DNA of 64,000 nt from Auanema rhodensis (Eukaryota; Animalia; Nematoda). Positions 12,901 through 26,700 of the stretch are shown piece by piece. The DNA is taken from contig OZ059894.1 in the NCBI GenBank assembly GCA_964057225.1, positions 3,286,001-3,350,000 of the forward strand. The letters are read 5' to 3'. The position numbers were made by a program, and so were the translations under genes. Positions within the stretch are counted from its first letter, which is position 1; every line of letters begins with the position of its first letter. The notes below the pieces were generated by a model. It saw only the letters and a program-made list of their open reading frames with translations. It did not search any database and was not told the origin of the DNA.

Positions 12901-15900
12901 AAAAATGATGCATTACTGTATGTTGAGTTTCAATGTACACTCAACATTGCTTCCAAAAACATTTTGACAAAAATTTTCCCGAAAAATTTCAAAATAATTT
13001 CACGAAAAGTAGATGTTTTTAGATTCCTTTTTTCAAGGCGAAGACGATGGACAATGTTATTCAACGAAAAAAGTAAATCTTCAGGGTGAAAATCGAGGAT
13101 ATAAGTGTGAACATATATCAGTTGATATCTCGGTGCATTTTTAAGCTAGCGCAAATCTGATAACACAGATCGACGCAGCTCAAAAATCTACATCGAATGC
13201 ACTATACTTCATTAAGAAATGCTCAATACAAAAATTAGTTATGATCGTTTGGAAAATGATGCATTACTGTATGTTGAGTTTCAATGTACACTCAACATTG
13301 CTTCCAAAAACATTTTGACAAAAATTTTCCCGAAAAATTTCAAAATAATTTCACGAAAAGTAGATGTTTTTAGATTTCTTTTTTCGAGGCGAAGATGATG
13401 GACAATGTTATTCAGCGAAAAAATAAACTCTTCAGGGTGAAAATCGAGGATATAAGTGTGAACAAATATCAGTTGATATCTCGGTTCATTTTTAAGCTAG
13501 CGCAAATCTGATAACACAGATCGACGCAGCTCAAAAATCTACATCGAATGCACTATACTTCATTAAGAAATGCTCAAAACAAAAATTAGTTATGATCGTT
13601 TGAAAAATGATGCATTATTGTATGTTGAGTTTCCATGTACACTCAACATTGCTTCCAAAAACATTTTGACAAAAATTTTCCCGGAAAATTTCAAAATAAT
13701 TTCACGAAAAGTAGATGTTTTTAGATTTCTTTTTTCGAGGCGAAGATGATGGACAATGTATTTCAGCGAAAAAATAAACTCTTCAGGGTGAAAATCGAGG
13801 ATATAAGTGTGAACAAATATCAGTTGATATCTCGGTGCATTTTTAAGCTAGCGCAAATCTGATAACACAGATCGACGCAGCTCAAAAATCTACATCAAAT
13901 GCACTATACTTCATTAAGAAATGCTCAATACAAAAATTAGTTATGATCGTTTGGAAAATGATGCATTACTGTATGTTGAGTTTCAATGTACACTCAACAT
14001 TGCTTCCAAAAACATTTTGACAAAAATTTTCCCGAAAAATTTCAAAATAATTTCACGAAAAGTAGATGTTTTCAGATTCCTTTTTTCAAGGCGAAGACGA
14101 TGGACAATGTTATTCAGCGAAAAAATTAACTCTTCAGTGTGAAAATCGAGAAAAATGATGCATTACTGTATGTTGAGTTTCAATGTACACTCAACATTGC
14201 TTCCAAAAACATTTTGACAAAAGTTTTTTTTCCGAAAAATTTCAAAATAATTTCACGAAAAGTAGATGTTTTTAGATTTCTTTTTTCGAGGCGAAGATGA
14301 TGGACAATGTTATTCAGCGAAAAAATAAACTCTTCAGGGTGAAAATCGAGGATATAAGTGTGAACATATATCAGTTGATATCTCGGTGCATTTTTAAGCT
14401 AGCGCAAATATGATAACATAGATCGACGCAGCTTAAAAATCCGCATTGAATGCACTATACTACATTGAGAAAAGCTTAATACAAAAATTAGTTATGATCG
14501 TTTGGAAAATGATGCATTACTGTATGTTGAGTTTCAATGTACACTCAACATTGCTTCCAAAAACATTTTGACAAAAATTTTCCCGAAAAATTTCAAAATA
14601 ATTTCACGAAAAGTAGATGTTTTTAGATTCCTTTTTTCAAGGCGAAGACGATGGACAATGTTATTCAGCGAAAAAATTAACTCTTCAGTGTGAAAATCGA
14701 GAAAAATGATGCATTACTGTATGTTGAGTTTCAATGTACACTCAACATTGCTTCCAAAAACATTTTGACAAAAATTTTCCCGAAAAATTTCAAAATAATT
14801 TCACGAAAAGTAGACGTTTATAGATTCCTTTTTTCAAGGCGAAGACGATAGACAATGTTATTCAGCGAAAAAATTAACTCTCCAGGGTGAAAATCGAGGA
14901 TATAAGTGTGAACCGATATCAGTTGATATCTCGGTGCATTTTTAAGCTAGCGCAAATATGATAACATAGATCGACGCAGCTTAAAAATCCGCATTGAATG
15001 CACTATACTACATTGAGAAAAGCTTAATACAAAAATTAGTTATGATCGTTTGAAAAATGATGCATTACTGTATGTTGAGTTTCCATGTACACTCAACATT
15101 GCTTCCAAAAACATTTTGACAAAAATTTTCCCGAAAAATTTCAAAATAATTTCACGAAAAGTAGATGTTTTTAGATTCCTTTTTTCAAGGCGAAGACGAC
15201 GGACGATGTTATTCAACGTAAAAATTAGTTCTTTAGGGTGAAAATCGAGGATATAGGTGTGAACTTATATCAGTTGATATCTCGGTGCATTTTTAAGCTA
15301 GCGCAAATCTGATAACACAGATCGACGCAGCTTAAAAATCCGCATCGAATGCACTATACTACATTAAGAAACGCTTAATATAAAAATTAGTTATGATCGT
15401 TTGAAAAATGATGCATTACTGTATGTTGAGTTTCAATGTACACTCAACATTGCTTCCAAAAACATTTTGACAAAAATTTTCCCGAAAAATTTCAAAATAA
15501 TTTCACGAAAAGTAGATGTTTTTAGATTCCTTTTTTCAAGGCGAAGACGATGGACAATGTTATTCAACGAAAAAAGTAAATCTTCAGGGTGAAAATCGAG
15601 GATATAAGTGTGAACATATATCAGTTGATATCTCGGTGCATTTTTAAGCTAGCGCAAATCTGATAACACAGATCGACGCAGCTCAAAAATCTACATCGAA
15701 TGCACTATACTTCATTAAGAAATGCTCAATACAAAAATTAGTTATGATCGTTTGGAAAATGATGCATTACTGTATGTTGAGTTTCAATGTACACTCAACA
15801 TTGCTTCCAAAAACATTTTGACAAAAATTTTCCCGAAAAATTTCAAAATAATTTCACGAAAAGTAGATGTTTTTAGATTTCTTTTTTCGAGGCGAAGATG

Positions 15901-18900
15901 ATGGACAATGTTATTCAGCGAAAAAATAAACTCTTCAGGGTGAAAATCGAGGATATAAGTGTGAACAAATATCAGTTGATATCTCGGTTCATTTTTAAGC
16001 TAGCGCAAATCTGATAACACAGATCGACGCAGCTCAAAAATCTACATCGAATGCACTATACTTCATTAAGAAATGCTCAAAACAAAAATTAGTTATGATC
16101 GTTTGAAAAATGATGCATTATTGTATGTTGAGTTTCCATGTACACTCAACATTGCTTCCAAAAACATTTTGACAAAAATTTTCCCGGAAAATTTCAAAAT
16201 AATTTCACGAAAAGTAGATGTTTTTAGATTTCTTTTTTCGAGGCGAAGATGATGGACAATGTATTTCAGCGAAAAAATAAACTCTTCAGGGTGAAAATCG
16301 AGGATATAAGTGTGAACAAATATCAGTTGATATCTCGGTGCATTTTTAAGCTAGCGCAAATCTGATAACACAGATCGACGCAGCTCAAAAATCTACATCA
16401 AATGCACTATACTTCATTAAGAAATGCTCAATACAAAAATTAGTTATGATCGTTTGGAAAATGATGCATTACTGTATGTTGAGTTTCAATGTACACTCAA
16501 CATTGCTTCCAAAAACATTTTGACAAAAATTTTCCCGAAAAATTTCAAAATAATTTCACGAAAAGTAGATGTTTTCAGATTCCTTTTTTCAAGGCGAAGA
16601 CGATGGACAATGTTATTCAGCGAAAAAATTAACTCTTCAGTGTGAAAATCGAGAAAAATGATGCATTACTGTATGTTGAGTTTCAATGTACACTCAACAT
16701 TGCTTCCAAAAACATTTTGACAAAAGTTTTTTTTCCGAAAAATTTCAAAATAATTTCACGAAAAGTAGATGTTTTTAGATTTCTTTTTTCGAGGCGAAGA
16801 TGATGGACAATGTTATTCAGCGAAAAAATAAACTCTTCAGGGTGAAAATCGAGGATATAAGTGTGAACATATATCAGTTGATATCTCGGTGCATTTTTAA
16901 GCTAGCGCAAATATGATAACATAGATCGACGCAGCTTAAAAATCCGCATTGAATGCACTATACTACATTGAGAAAAGCTTAATACAAAAATTAGTTATGA
17001 TCGTTTGGAAAATGATGCATTACTGTATGTTGAGTTTCAATGTACACTCAACATTGCTTCCAAAAACATTTTGACAAAAATTTTCCCGAAAAATTTCAAA
17101 ATAATTTCACGAAAAGTAGATGTTTTTAGATTCCTTTTTTCAAGGCGAAGACGATGGACAATGTTATTCAGCGAAAAAATTAACTCTTCAGTGTGAAAAT
17201 CGAGAAAAATGATGCATTACTGTATGTTGAGTTTCAATGTACACTCAACATTGCTTCCAAAAACATTTTGACAAAAATTTTCCCGAAAAATTTCAAAATA
17301 ATTTCACGAAAAGTAGACGTTTATAGATTCCTTTTTTCAAGGCGAAGACGATAGACAATGTTATTCAGCGAAAAAATTAACTCTCCAGGGTGAAAATCGA
17401 GGATATAAGTGTGAACCGATATCAGTTGATATCTCGGTGCATTTTTAAGCTAGCGCAAATATGATAACATAGATCGACGCAGCTTAAAAATCCGCATTGA
17501 ATGCACTATACTACATTGAGAAAAGCTTAATACAAAAATTAGTTATGATCGTTTGAAAAATGATGCATTACTGTATGTTGAGTTTCCATGTACACTCAAC
17601 ATTGCTTCCAAAAACATTTTGACAAAAATTTTCCCGAAAAATTTCAAAATAATTTCACGAAAAGTAGATGTTTTTAGATTCCTTTTTTCAAGGCGAAGAC
17701 GACGGACGATGTTATTCAACGTAAAAATTAGTTCTTTAGGGTGAAAATCGAGGATATAGGTGTGAACTTATATCAGTTGATATCTCGGTGCATTTTTAAG
17801 CTAGCGCAAATCTGATAACACAGATCGACGCAGCTTAAAAATCCGCATCGAATGCACTATACTACATTAAGAAACGCTTAATATAAAAATTAGTTATGAT
17901 CGTTTGAAAAATGATGCATTACTGTATGTTGAGTTTCAATGTACACTCAACATTGCTTCCAAAAACATTTTGACAAAAATTTTCCCGAAAAATTTCAAAA
18001 TAATTTCACGAAAAGTAGATGTTTTTAGATTCCTTTTTTCAAGGCGAAGACGATGGACAATGTTATTCAACGAAAAAAGTAAATCTTCAGGGTGAAAATC
18101 GAGGATATAAGTGTGAACATATATCAGTTGATATCTCGGTGCATTTTTAAGCTAGCGCAAATCTGATAACACAGATCGACGCAGCTCAAAAATCTACATC
18201 GAATGCACTATACTTCATTAAGAAATGCTCAATACAAAAATTAGTTATGATCGTTTGGAAAATGATGCATTACTGTATGTTGAGTTTCAATGTACACTCA
18301 ACATTGCTTCCAAAAACATTTTGACAAAAATTTTCCCGAAAAATTTCAAAATAATTTCACGAAAAGTAGATGTTTTTAGATTTCTTTTTTCGAGGCGAAG
18401 ATGATGGACAATGTTATTCAGCGAAAAAATAAACTCTTCAGGGTGAAAATCGAGGATATAAGTGTGAACAAATATCAGTTGATATCTCGGTTCATTTTTA
18501 AGCTAGCGCAAATCTGATAACACAGATCGACGCAGCTCAAAAATCTACATCGAATGCACTATACTTCATTAAGAAATGCTCAAAACAAAAATTAGTTATG
18601 ATCGTTTGAAAAATGATGCATTATTGTATGTTGAGTTTCCATGTACACTCAACATTGCTTCCAAAAACATTTTGACAAAAATTTTCCCGGAAAATTTCAA
18701 AATAATTTCACGAAAAGTAGATGTTTTTAGATTTCTTTTTTCGAGGCGAAGATGATGGACAATGTATTTCAGCGAAAAAATAAACTCTTCAGGGTGAAAA
18801 TCGAGGATATAAGTGTGAACAAATATCAGTTGATATCTCGGTGCATTTTTAAGCTAGCGCAAATCTGATAACACAGATCGACGCAGCTCAAAAATCTACA

Positions 18901-21900
18901 TCAAATGCACTATACTTCATTAAGAAATGCTCAATACAAAAATTAGTTATGATCGTTTGGAAAATGATGCATTACTGTATGTTGAGTTTCAATGTACACT
19001 CAACATTGCTTCCAAAAACATTTTGACAAAAATTTTCCCGAAAAATTTCAAAATAATTTCACGAAAAGTAGATGTTTTCAGATTCCTTTTTTCAAGGCGA
19101 AGACGATGGACAATGTTATTCAGCGAAAAAATTAACTCTTCAGTGTGAAAATCGAGAAAAATGATGCATTACTGTATGTTGAGTTTCAATGTACACTCAA
19201 CATTGCTTCCAAAAACATTTTGACAAAAGTTTTTTTTCCGAAAAATTTCAAAATAATTTCACGAAAAGTAGATGTTTTTAGATTTCTTTTTTCGAGGCGA
19301 AGATGATGGACAATGTTATTCAGCGAAAAAATAAACTCTTCAGGGTGAAAATCGAGGATATAAGTGTGAACATATATCAGTTGATATCTCGGTGCATTTT
19401 TAAGCTAGCGCAAATATGATAACATAGATCGACGCAGCTTAAAAATCCGCATTGAATGCACTATACTACATTGAGAAAAGCTTAATACAAAAATTAGTTA
19501 TGATCGTTTGGAAAATGATGCATTACTGTATGTTGAGTTTCAATGTACACTCAACATTGCTTCCAAAAACATTTTGACAAAAATTTTCCCGAAAAATTTC
19601 AAAATAATTTCACGAAAAGTAGATGTTTTTAGATTCCTTTTTTCAAGGCGAAGACGATGGACAATGTTATTCAGCGAAAAAATTAACTCTTCAGTGTGAA
19701 AATCGAGAAAAATGATGCATTACTGTATGTTGAGTTTCAATGTACACTCAACATTGCTTCCAAAAACATTTTGACAAAAATTTTCCCGAAAAATTTCAAA
19801 ATAATTTCACGAAAAGTAGACGTTTATAGATTCCTTTTTTCAAGGCGAAGACGATAGACAATGTTATTCAGCGAAAAAATTAACTCTCCAGGGTGAAAAT
19901 CGAGGATATAAGTGTGAACCGATATCAGTTGATATCTCGGTGCATTTTTAAGCTAGCGCAAATATGATAACATAGATCGACGCAGCTTAAAAATCCGCAT
20001 TGAATGCACTATACTACATTGAGAAAAGCTTAATACAAAAATTAGTTATGATCGTTTGAAAAATGATGCATTACTGTATGTTGAGTTTCCATGTACACTC
20101 AACATTGCTTCCAAAAACATTTTGACAAAAATTTTCCCGAAAAATTTCAAAATAATTTCACGAAAAGTAGATGTTTTTAGATTCCTTTTTTCAAGGCGAA
20201 GACGACGGACGATGTTATTCAACGTAAAAATTAGTTCTTTAGGGTGAAAATCGAGGATATAGGTGTGAACTTATATCAGTTGATATCTCGGTGCATTTTT
20301 AAGCTAGCGCAAATCTGATAACACAGATCGACGCAGCTTAAAAATCCGCATCGAATGCACTATACTACATTAAGAAAAGCTTAATACAAAAATTAGTTAT
20401 GATCGTTTGAAAAATGATGCATTAGTGTATGTTGCGTTTCCATGTACACTCAAAATTGCTTCCAAAAACATTTTGACAAAAATTTTTTCGAAAAATTTCA
20501 AAATAATTTAGCGAAAAGTAGATGATTTTAGATTCCTTTTTTCGAGGCAAAAACGATGGACAATGTTATTCAACGAAAAAATTAATTCTTCAGGGTGAAA
20601 ATCGAGGATATAAGTGTGAACTTATATCAGTTGATATCTCGGTGCATTTTTAAGCTAGCGCAAATCTGATAACACAGATCGACGCAGCTCAAAAATCTAC
20701 ATCGAATGCACTATACTTCATTAAGAAATGCTCAATACAAAAATTAGTTATGATCGTTTGGAAAATGATGCATTACTGTATGTTGAGTTTCAATGTACAC
20801 TCAACATTGCTTCCAAAAACATTTTGACAAAAATTTTCCCGAAAAATTTCAAAATAATTTCACGAAAAGTAGATGTTTTTAGATTTCTTTTTTCGAGGCG
20901 AAGATGATGGACAATGTTATTCAGCGAAAAAATAAACTCTTCAGGGTGAAAATCGAGGATATAAGTGTGAACAAATATCAGTTGATATCTCGGTTCATTT
21001 TTAAGCTAGCGCAAATCTGATAACACAGATCGACGCAGCTCAAAAATCTACATCGAATGCACTATACTTCATTAAGAAATGCTCAAAACAAAAATTAGTT
21101 ATGATCGTTTGAAAAATGATGCATTATTGTATGTTGAGTTTCCATGTACACTCAACATTGCTTCCAAAAACATTTTGACAAAAATTTTCCCGGAAAATTT
21201 CAAAATAATTTCACGAAAAGTAGATGTTTTTAGATTTCTTTTTTCGAGGCGAAGATGATGGACAATGTATTTCAGCGAAAAAATAAACTCTTCAGGGTGA
21301 AAATCGAGGATATAAGTGTGAACAAATATCAGTTGATATCTCGGTGCATTTTTAAGCTAGCGCAAATCTGATAACACAGATCGACGCAGCTCAAAAATCT
21401 ACATCAAATGCACTATACTTCATTAAGAAATGCTCAATACAAAAATTAGTTATGATCGTTTGGAAAATGATGCATTACTGTATGTTGAGTTTCAATGTAC
21501 ACTCAACATTGCTTCCAAAAACATTTTGACAAAAATTTTCCCGAAAAATTTCAAAATAATTTCACGAAAAGTAGATGTTTTCAGATTCCTTTTTTCAAGG
21601 CGAAGACGATGGACAATGTTATTCAGCGAAAAAATTAACTCTTCAGTGTGAAAATCGAGAAAAATGATGCATTACTGTATGTTGAGTTTCAATGTACACT
21701 CAACATTGCTTCCAAAAACATTTTGACAAAAGTTTTTTTTCCGAAAAATTTCAAAATAATTTCACGAAAAGTAGATGTTTTTAGATTTCTTTTTTCGAGG
21801 CGAAGATGATGGACAATGTTATTCAGCGAAAAAATAAACTCTTCAGGGTGAAAATCGAGGATATAAGTGTGAACATATATCAGTTGATATCTCGGTGCAT

Positions 21901-22940
21901 TTTTAAGCTAGCGCAAATATGATAACATAGATCGACGCAGCTTAAAAATCCGCATTGAATGCACTATACTACATTGAGAAAAGCTTAATACAAAAATTAG
22001 TTATGATCGTTTGGAAAATGATGCATTACTGTATGTTGAGTTTCAATGTACACTCAACATTGCTTCCAAAAACATTTTGACAAAAATTTTCCCGAAAAAT
22101 TTCAAAATAATTTCACGAAAAGTAGATGTTTTTAGATTCCTTTTTTCAAGGCGAAGACGATGGACAATGTTATTCAGCGAAAAAATTAACTCTTCAGTGT
22201 GAAAATCGAGAAAAATGATGCATTACTGTATGTTGAGTTTCAATGTACACTCAACATTGCTTCCAAAAACATTTTGACAAAAATTTTCCCGAAAAATTTC
22301 AAAATAATTTCACGAAAAGTAGACGTTTATAGATTCCTTTTTTCAAGGCGAAGACGATAGACAATGTTATTCAGCGAAAAAATTAACTCTCCAGGGTGAA
22401 AATCGAGGATATAAGTGTGAACCGATATCAGTTGATATCTCGGTGCATTTTTAAGCTAGCGCAAATATGATAACATAGATCGACGCAGCTTAAAAATCCG
22501 CATTGAATGCACTATACTACATTGAGAAAAGCTTAATACAAAAATTAGTTATGATCGTTTGAAAAATGATGCATTACTGTATGTTGAGTTTCCATGTACA
22601 CTCAACATTGCTTCCAAAAACATTTTGACAAAAATTTTCCCGAAAAATTTCAAAATAATTTCACGAAAAGTAGATGTTTTTAGATTCCTTTTTTCAAGGC
22701 GAAGACGACGGACGATGTTATTCAACGTAAAAATTAGTTCTTTAGGGTGAAAATCGAGGATATAGGTGTGAACTTATATCAGTTGATATCTCGGTGCATT
22801 TTTAAGCTAGCGCAAATCTGATAACACAGATCGACGCAGCTTAAAAATCCGCATCGAATGCACTATACTACATTAAGAAACGCTTAATATAAAAATTAGT
22901 TATGATCGTTTGAAAAATGATGCATTACTGTATGTTGAGT
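12901..22940. repeat. HOR domain B: ~4 near-identical copies of a 2503-bp 8-mer (6x351 + 200 + 197)
   Basis: Junction spacing alternates 551/1952. ORF variants recur at 13921, 16424, 18927, 21430 and at 15050, 17553, 20056, 22559. Confidence 0.93.
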
Positions 22941-23799
22941 TTCCATGTACACTCAACATTGCTTCCAAAAACATTTTGACAAAAATTTTTTCGAAAAATT
23001 TCAAAATAGTTTAGCAAAAAGTAGATGTTTTTAGATTCCTTTTTTCAAGGCAAAAACGATGGACAATGTTATTCAACGAAAAAAGTAAATCTTCAGGGTG
23101 AAAATCGAGGATATAAGTGTGAACATATATCAGTTGATATCTCGGTGCATTTTTAAGCTAGCGCAAATCTGATAACACAGATCGACGCAGCTCAAAAATC
23201 TACATCGAATGCACTATACTTCATTAAGAAAAGCTTAATACAAAAATTAGTTATGATCGTTTGAAAAATGATGCATTACTGTATGTTGAGTTTCAATGTA
23301 CACTCAACATTGCTTCCAAAAACATTTTGACAAAAATTTTCCCGAAAAATTTCAAAATAATTTCACGAAAAGTAGACGTTTATAGATTCCTTTTTTCAAG
23401 GCGAAGACGATAGACAATGTTATTCAGCGAAAAAATTAACTCTCCAGGGTGAAAATCGAGGATATAGGTGTGAACTTATATCAGTTGATATCTCGGTGCA
23501 TTTTTAAGCTAGCGCAAATCTGATAACACAGATCGACGCAGCTTAAAAATCCGCATCGAATGCACTATACTACATTAAGAAACGCTTAATATAAAAATTA
23601 GTTATGATCGTTTGAAAAATGATGCATTACTGTATGTTGAGTTTCCATGTACACTCAACATTGCTTCCAAAAACATTTTGACAAAAATTTTTTCGAAAAA
23701 TTTCAAAATAGTTTAGCAAAAAGTAGATGTTTTTAGATTCCATTTTCAAGGCAAAAACGATGGACAATGTTATTCAACGAAAAAAGTAAATCTTCAGGG

Positions 23800-26700
23800 T
23801 GAAAATCGAGGATATAAGTGTGAACCGATATCAGTTGATATCTCGGTGCATTTTTAAGCTAGCGCAAATATGATAACATAGATCGACGCAGCTTAAAAAT
23901 CCGCATCGAATGCACTATACTACATTAAGAAACGCTTAAAATAAAAATTAGTTATGATCGTTTGAAAAATGATGCATTAGTGTATGTTGAGTTTCCATGT
24001 ACACTCAACATTGCTTCCAAAAACATTTTGACAAAGATTTTCCCGAAAAATTTCAAAATAATTTCACGAAAAGTAGAGGTTTTTAAATTCCTTTTTTCAA
24101 GGCGAAGACGACGGACGATGTTATTCAACTTAAAAATTAGTTCTTTAGGGTGAAAATCGAGGATATAGGTGTGAACTTATATCAGTTGATATCTCGGTGC
24201 ATTTTTAAGCTAGCGCAAATCTGATAACACAGATCGACGCAGCTTAAAAATCCGCATCGAATGCACTATACTACATTAAGAAACGCTTAAAATAAAAATT
24301 AGTTATGATCGTTTGAAAAATGATGCATTAGTGTATGTTGAGTTTCCATGTACACTCAACATTGCTTCCAAAAACATTTTGACAAAAATTTTTTCGAAAA
24401 ATTTCAAAATAGTTTAGCAAAAAGTAGATGTTTTTAGATTCCTTTTTTCAAGGCAAAAACGATGGACAATGTTATTCAACGAAAAAAGTAAATCTTCAGG
24501 GTGAAAATCGAGGATATAAGTTTGAACATATATCAGTTGATATCTCGGTGCATTTTTAAGCTAGCGCAAATCTGATAACACAGATCGACGCAGCTCAAAA
24601 ATCTACATCGAATGCACTATACTTCATTAAGAAATGCTCAAAACAAAAATTAGTTATGATCGTTTGAAAAATGATGCATTATTGTATGTTGAGTTTCCAT
24701 GTACACTCAACATTGCTTCCAAAAACATTTTGACAAAAATTTTCCCGGAAAATTTCAAAATAATTTCACGAAAAGTAGATGTTTTTAGATTTCTTTTTTC
24801 GAGGCGAAGATGATGGACAATGTATTTCAGCGAAAAAATAAACTCTTCAGGGTGAAAATCGAGGATATAAGTGTGAACAAATATCAGTTGATATCTCGGT
24901 GCATTTTTAAGCTAGCGCAAATCTGATAACACAGATCGACGCAGCTCAAAAATCTACATCAAATGCACTATACTTCATTAAGAAATGCTCAATACAAAAA
25001 TTAGTTATGATCGTTTGGAAAATGATGCATTACTGTATGTTGAGTTTCAATGTACACTCAACATTGCTTCCAAAAACATTTTGACAAAAATTTTCCCGAA
25101 AAATTTCAAAATAATTTCACGAAAAGTAGATGTTTTCAGATTCCTTTTTTCAAGGCGAAGACGATGGACAATGTTATTCAGCGAAAAAATTAACTCTTCA
25201 GTGTGAAAATCGAGAAAAATGATGCATTACTGTATGTTGAGTTTCAATGTACACTCAACATTGCTTCCAAAAACATTTTGACAAAAGTTTTTTTTCCGAA
25301 AAATTTCAAAATAATTTCACGAAAAGTAGATGTTTTTAGATTTCTTTTTTCGAGGCGAAGATGATGGACAATGTTATTCAGCGAAAAAATAAACTCTTCA
25401 GGGTGAAAATCGAGGATATAAGTGTGAACATATATCAGTTGATATCTCGGTGCATTTTTAAGCTAGCGCAAATCTGATAACACAGATCGACGCAGCTCAA
25501 AAATCTACATCGAATGCACTATACTTCATTAAGAAATGCTCAGTACAAAAATTAGTTATGATCGTTTAAAAAATGATGCATTATTGTATGTTGAGTTTCC
25601 ATGTACACTCAACATTGCTTCCAAAAACATTTTGACAAAAATTTTCCCGGAAAATTTCAAAATAATTTCACGAAAAGTAGATGTTTTTAGATTTCTTTTT
25701 TCGAGGCGAAGATGATGGACAATGTTATTCAGCGAAAAAATAAACTCTTCAGGGTGAAAATCGAGGATATAAGTGTGAACAAATATCAGTTGATATCTCG
25801 GTTCATTTTTAAGCTAGCGCAAATCTTATAACACAGATCGACGCAGCTCAAAAATCTACATCGAATGCACTATACTTCATTAAGAAATGCTCAATACAAA
25901 AATTAGTTATGATCGTTTGGAAAATGATGCATTACTGTATGTTGAGTTTCAATGTACACTCAACATTGCTTCCAAAAACATTTTGACAAAAATTTTCCCG
26001 AAAAATTTCAAAATAATTTCACGAAAAGTAGATGTTTTTAGATTCCTTTTTTCAAGGCGAAGACGATGGACAATGTTATTCAGCGAAAAAATTAACTCTT
26101 CAGTGTGAAAATCGAGAAAAATGATGCATTACTGTATGTTGAGTTTCAATGTACACTCAACATTGCTTCCAAAAACATTTTGACAAAAATTTTCCCGAAA
26201 AATTTCAAAATAATTTCACGAAAAGTAGACGTTTATAGATTCCTTTTTTCAAGGCGAAGACGATAGACAATGTTATTCAGCGAAAAAATTAACTCTCCAG
26301 GGTGAAAATCGAGGATATAAGTGTGAACCGATATCAGTTGATATCTCGGTGCATTTTTAAGCTAGCGCAAATATGATAACATAGATCGACGCAGCTTAAA
26401 AATCCGCATCGAATGCACTATACTACATTAAGAAACGCTTAAAATAAAAATTAGTTATGATCGTTTGAAAAATGATGCATTAGTGTATGTTGAGTTTCCA
26501 TGTACACTCAACATTGCTTCCAAAAACATTTTGACAAAAATTTTCCCGAAAAATTTCAAAATAATTTCACGAAAAGTAGATGTTTTTAGATTCCTTTTTT
26601 CAAGGCGAAGACGACGGACGATGTTATTCAACGTAAAAATTAGTTCTTTAGGGTGAAAATCGAGGATATAGGTGTGAACTTATATCAGTTGATATCTCGG

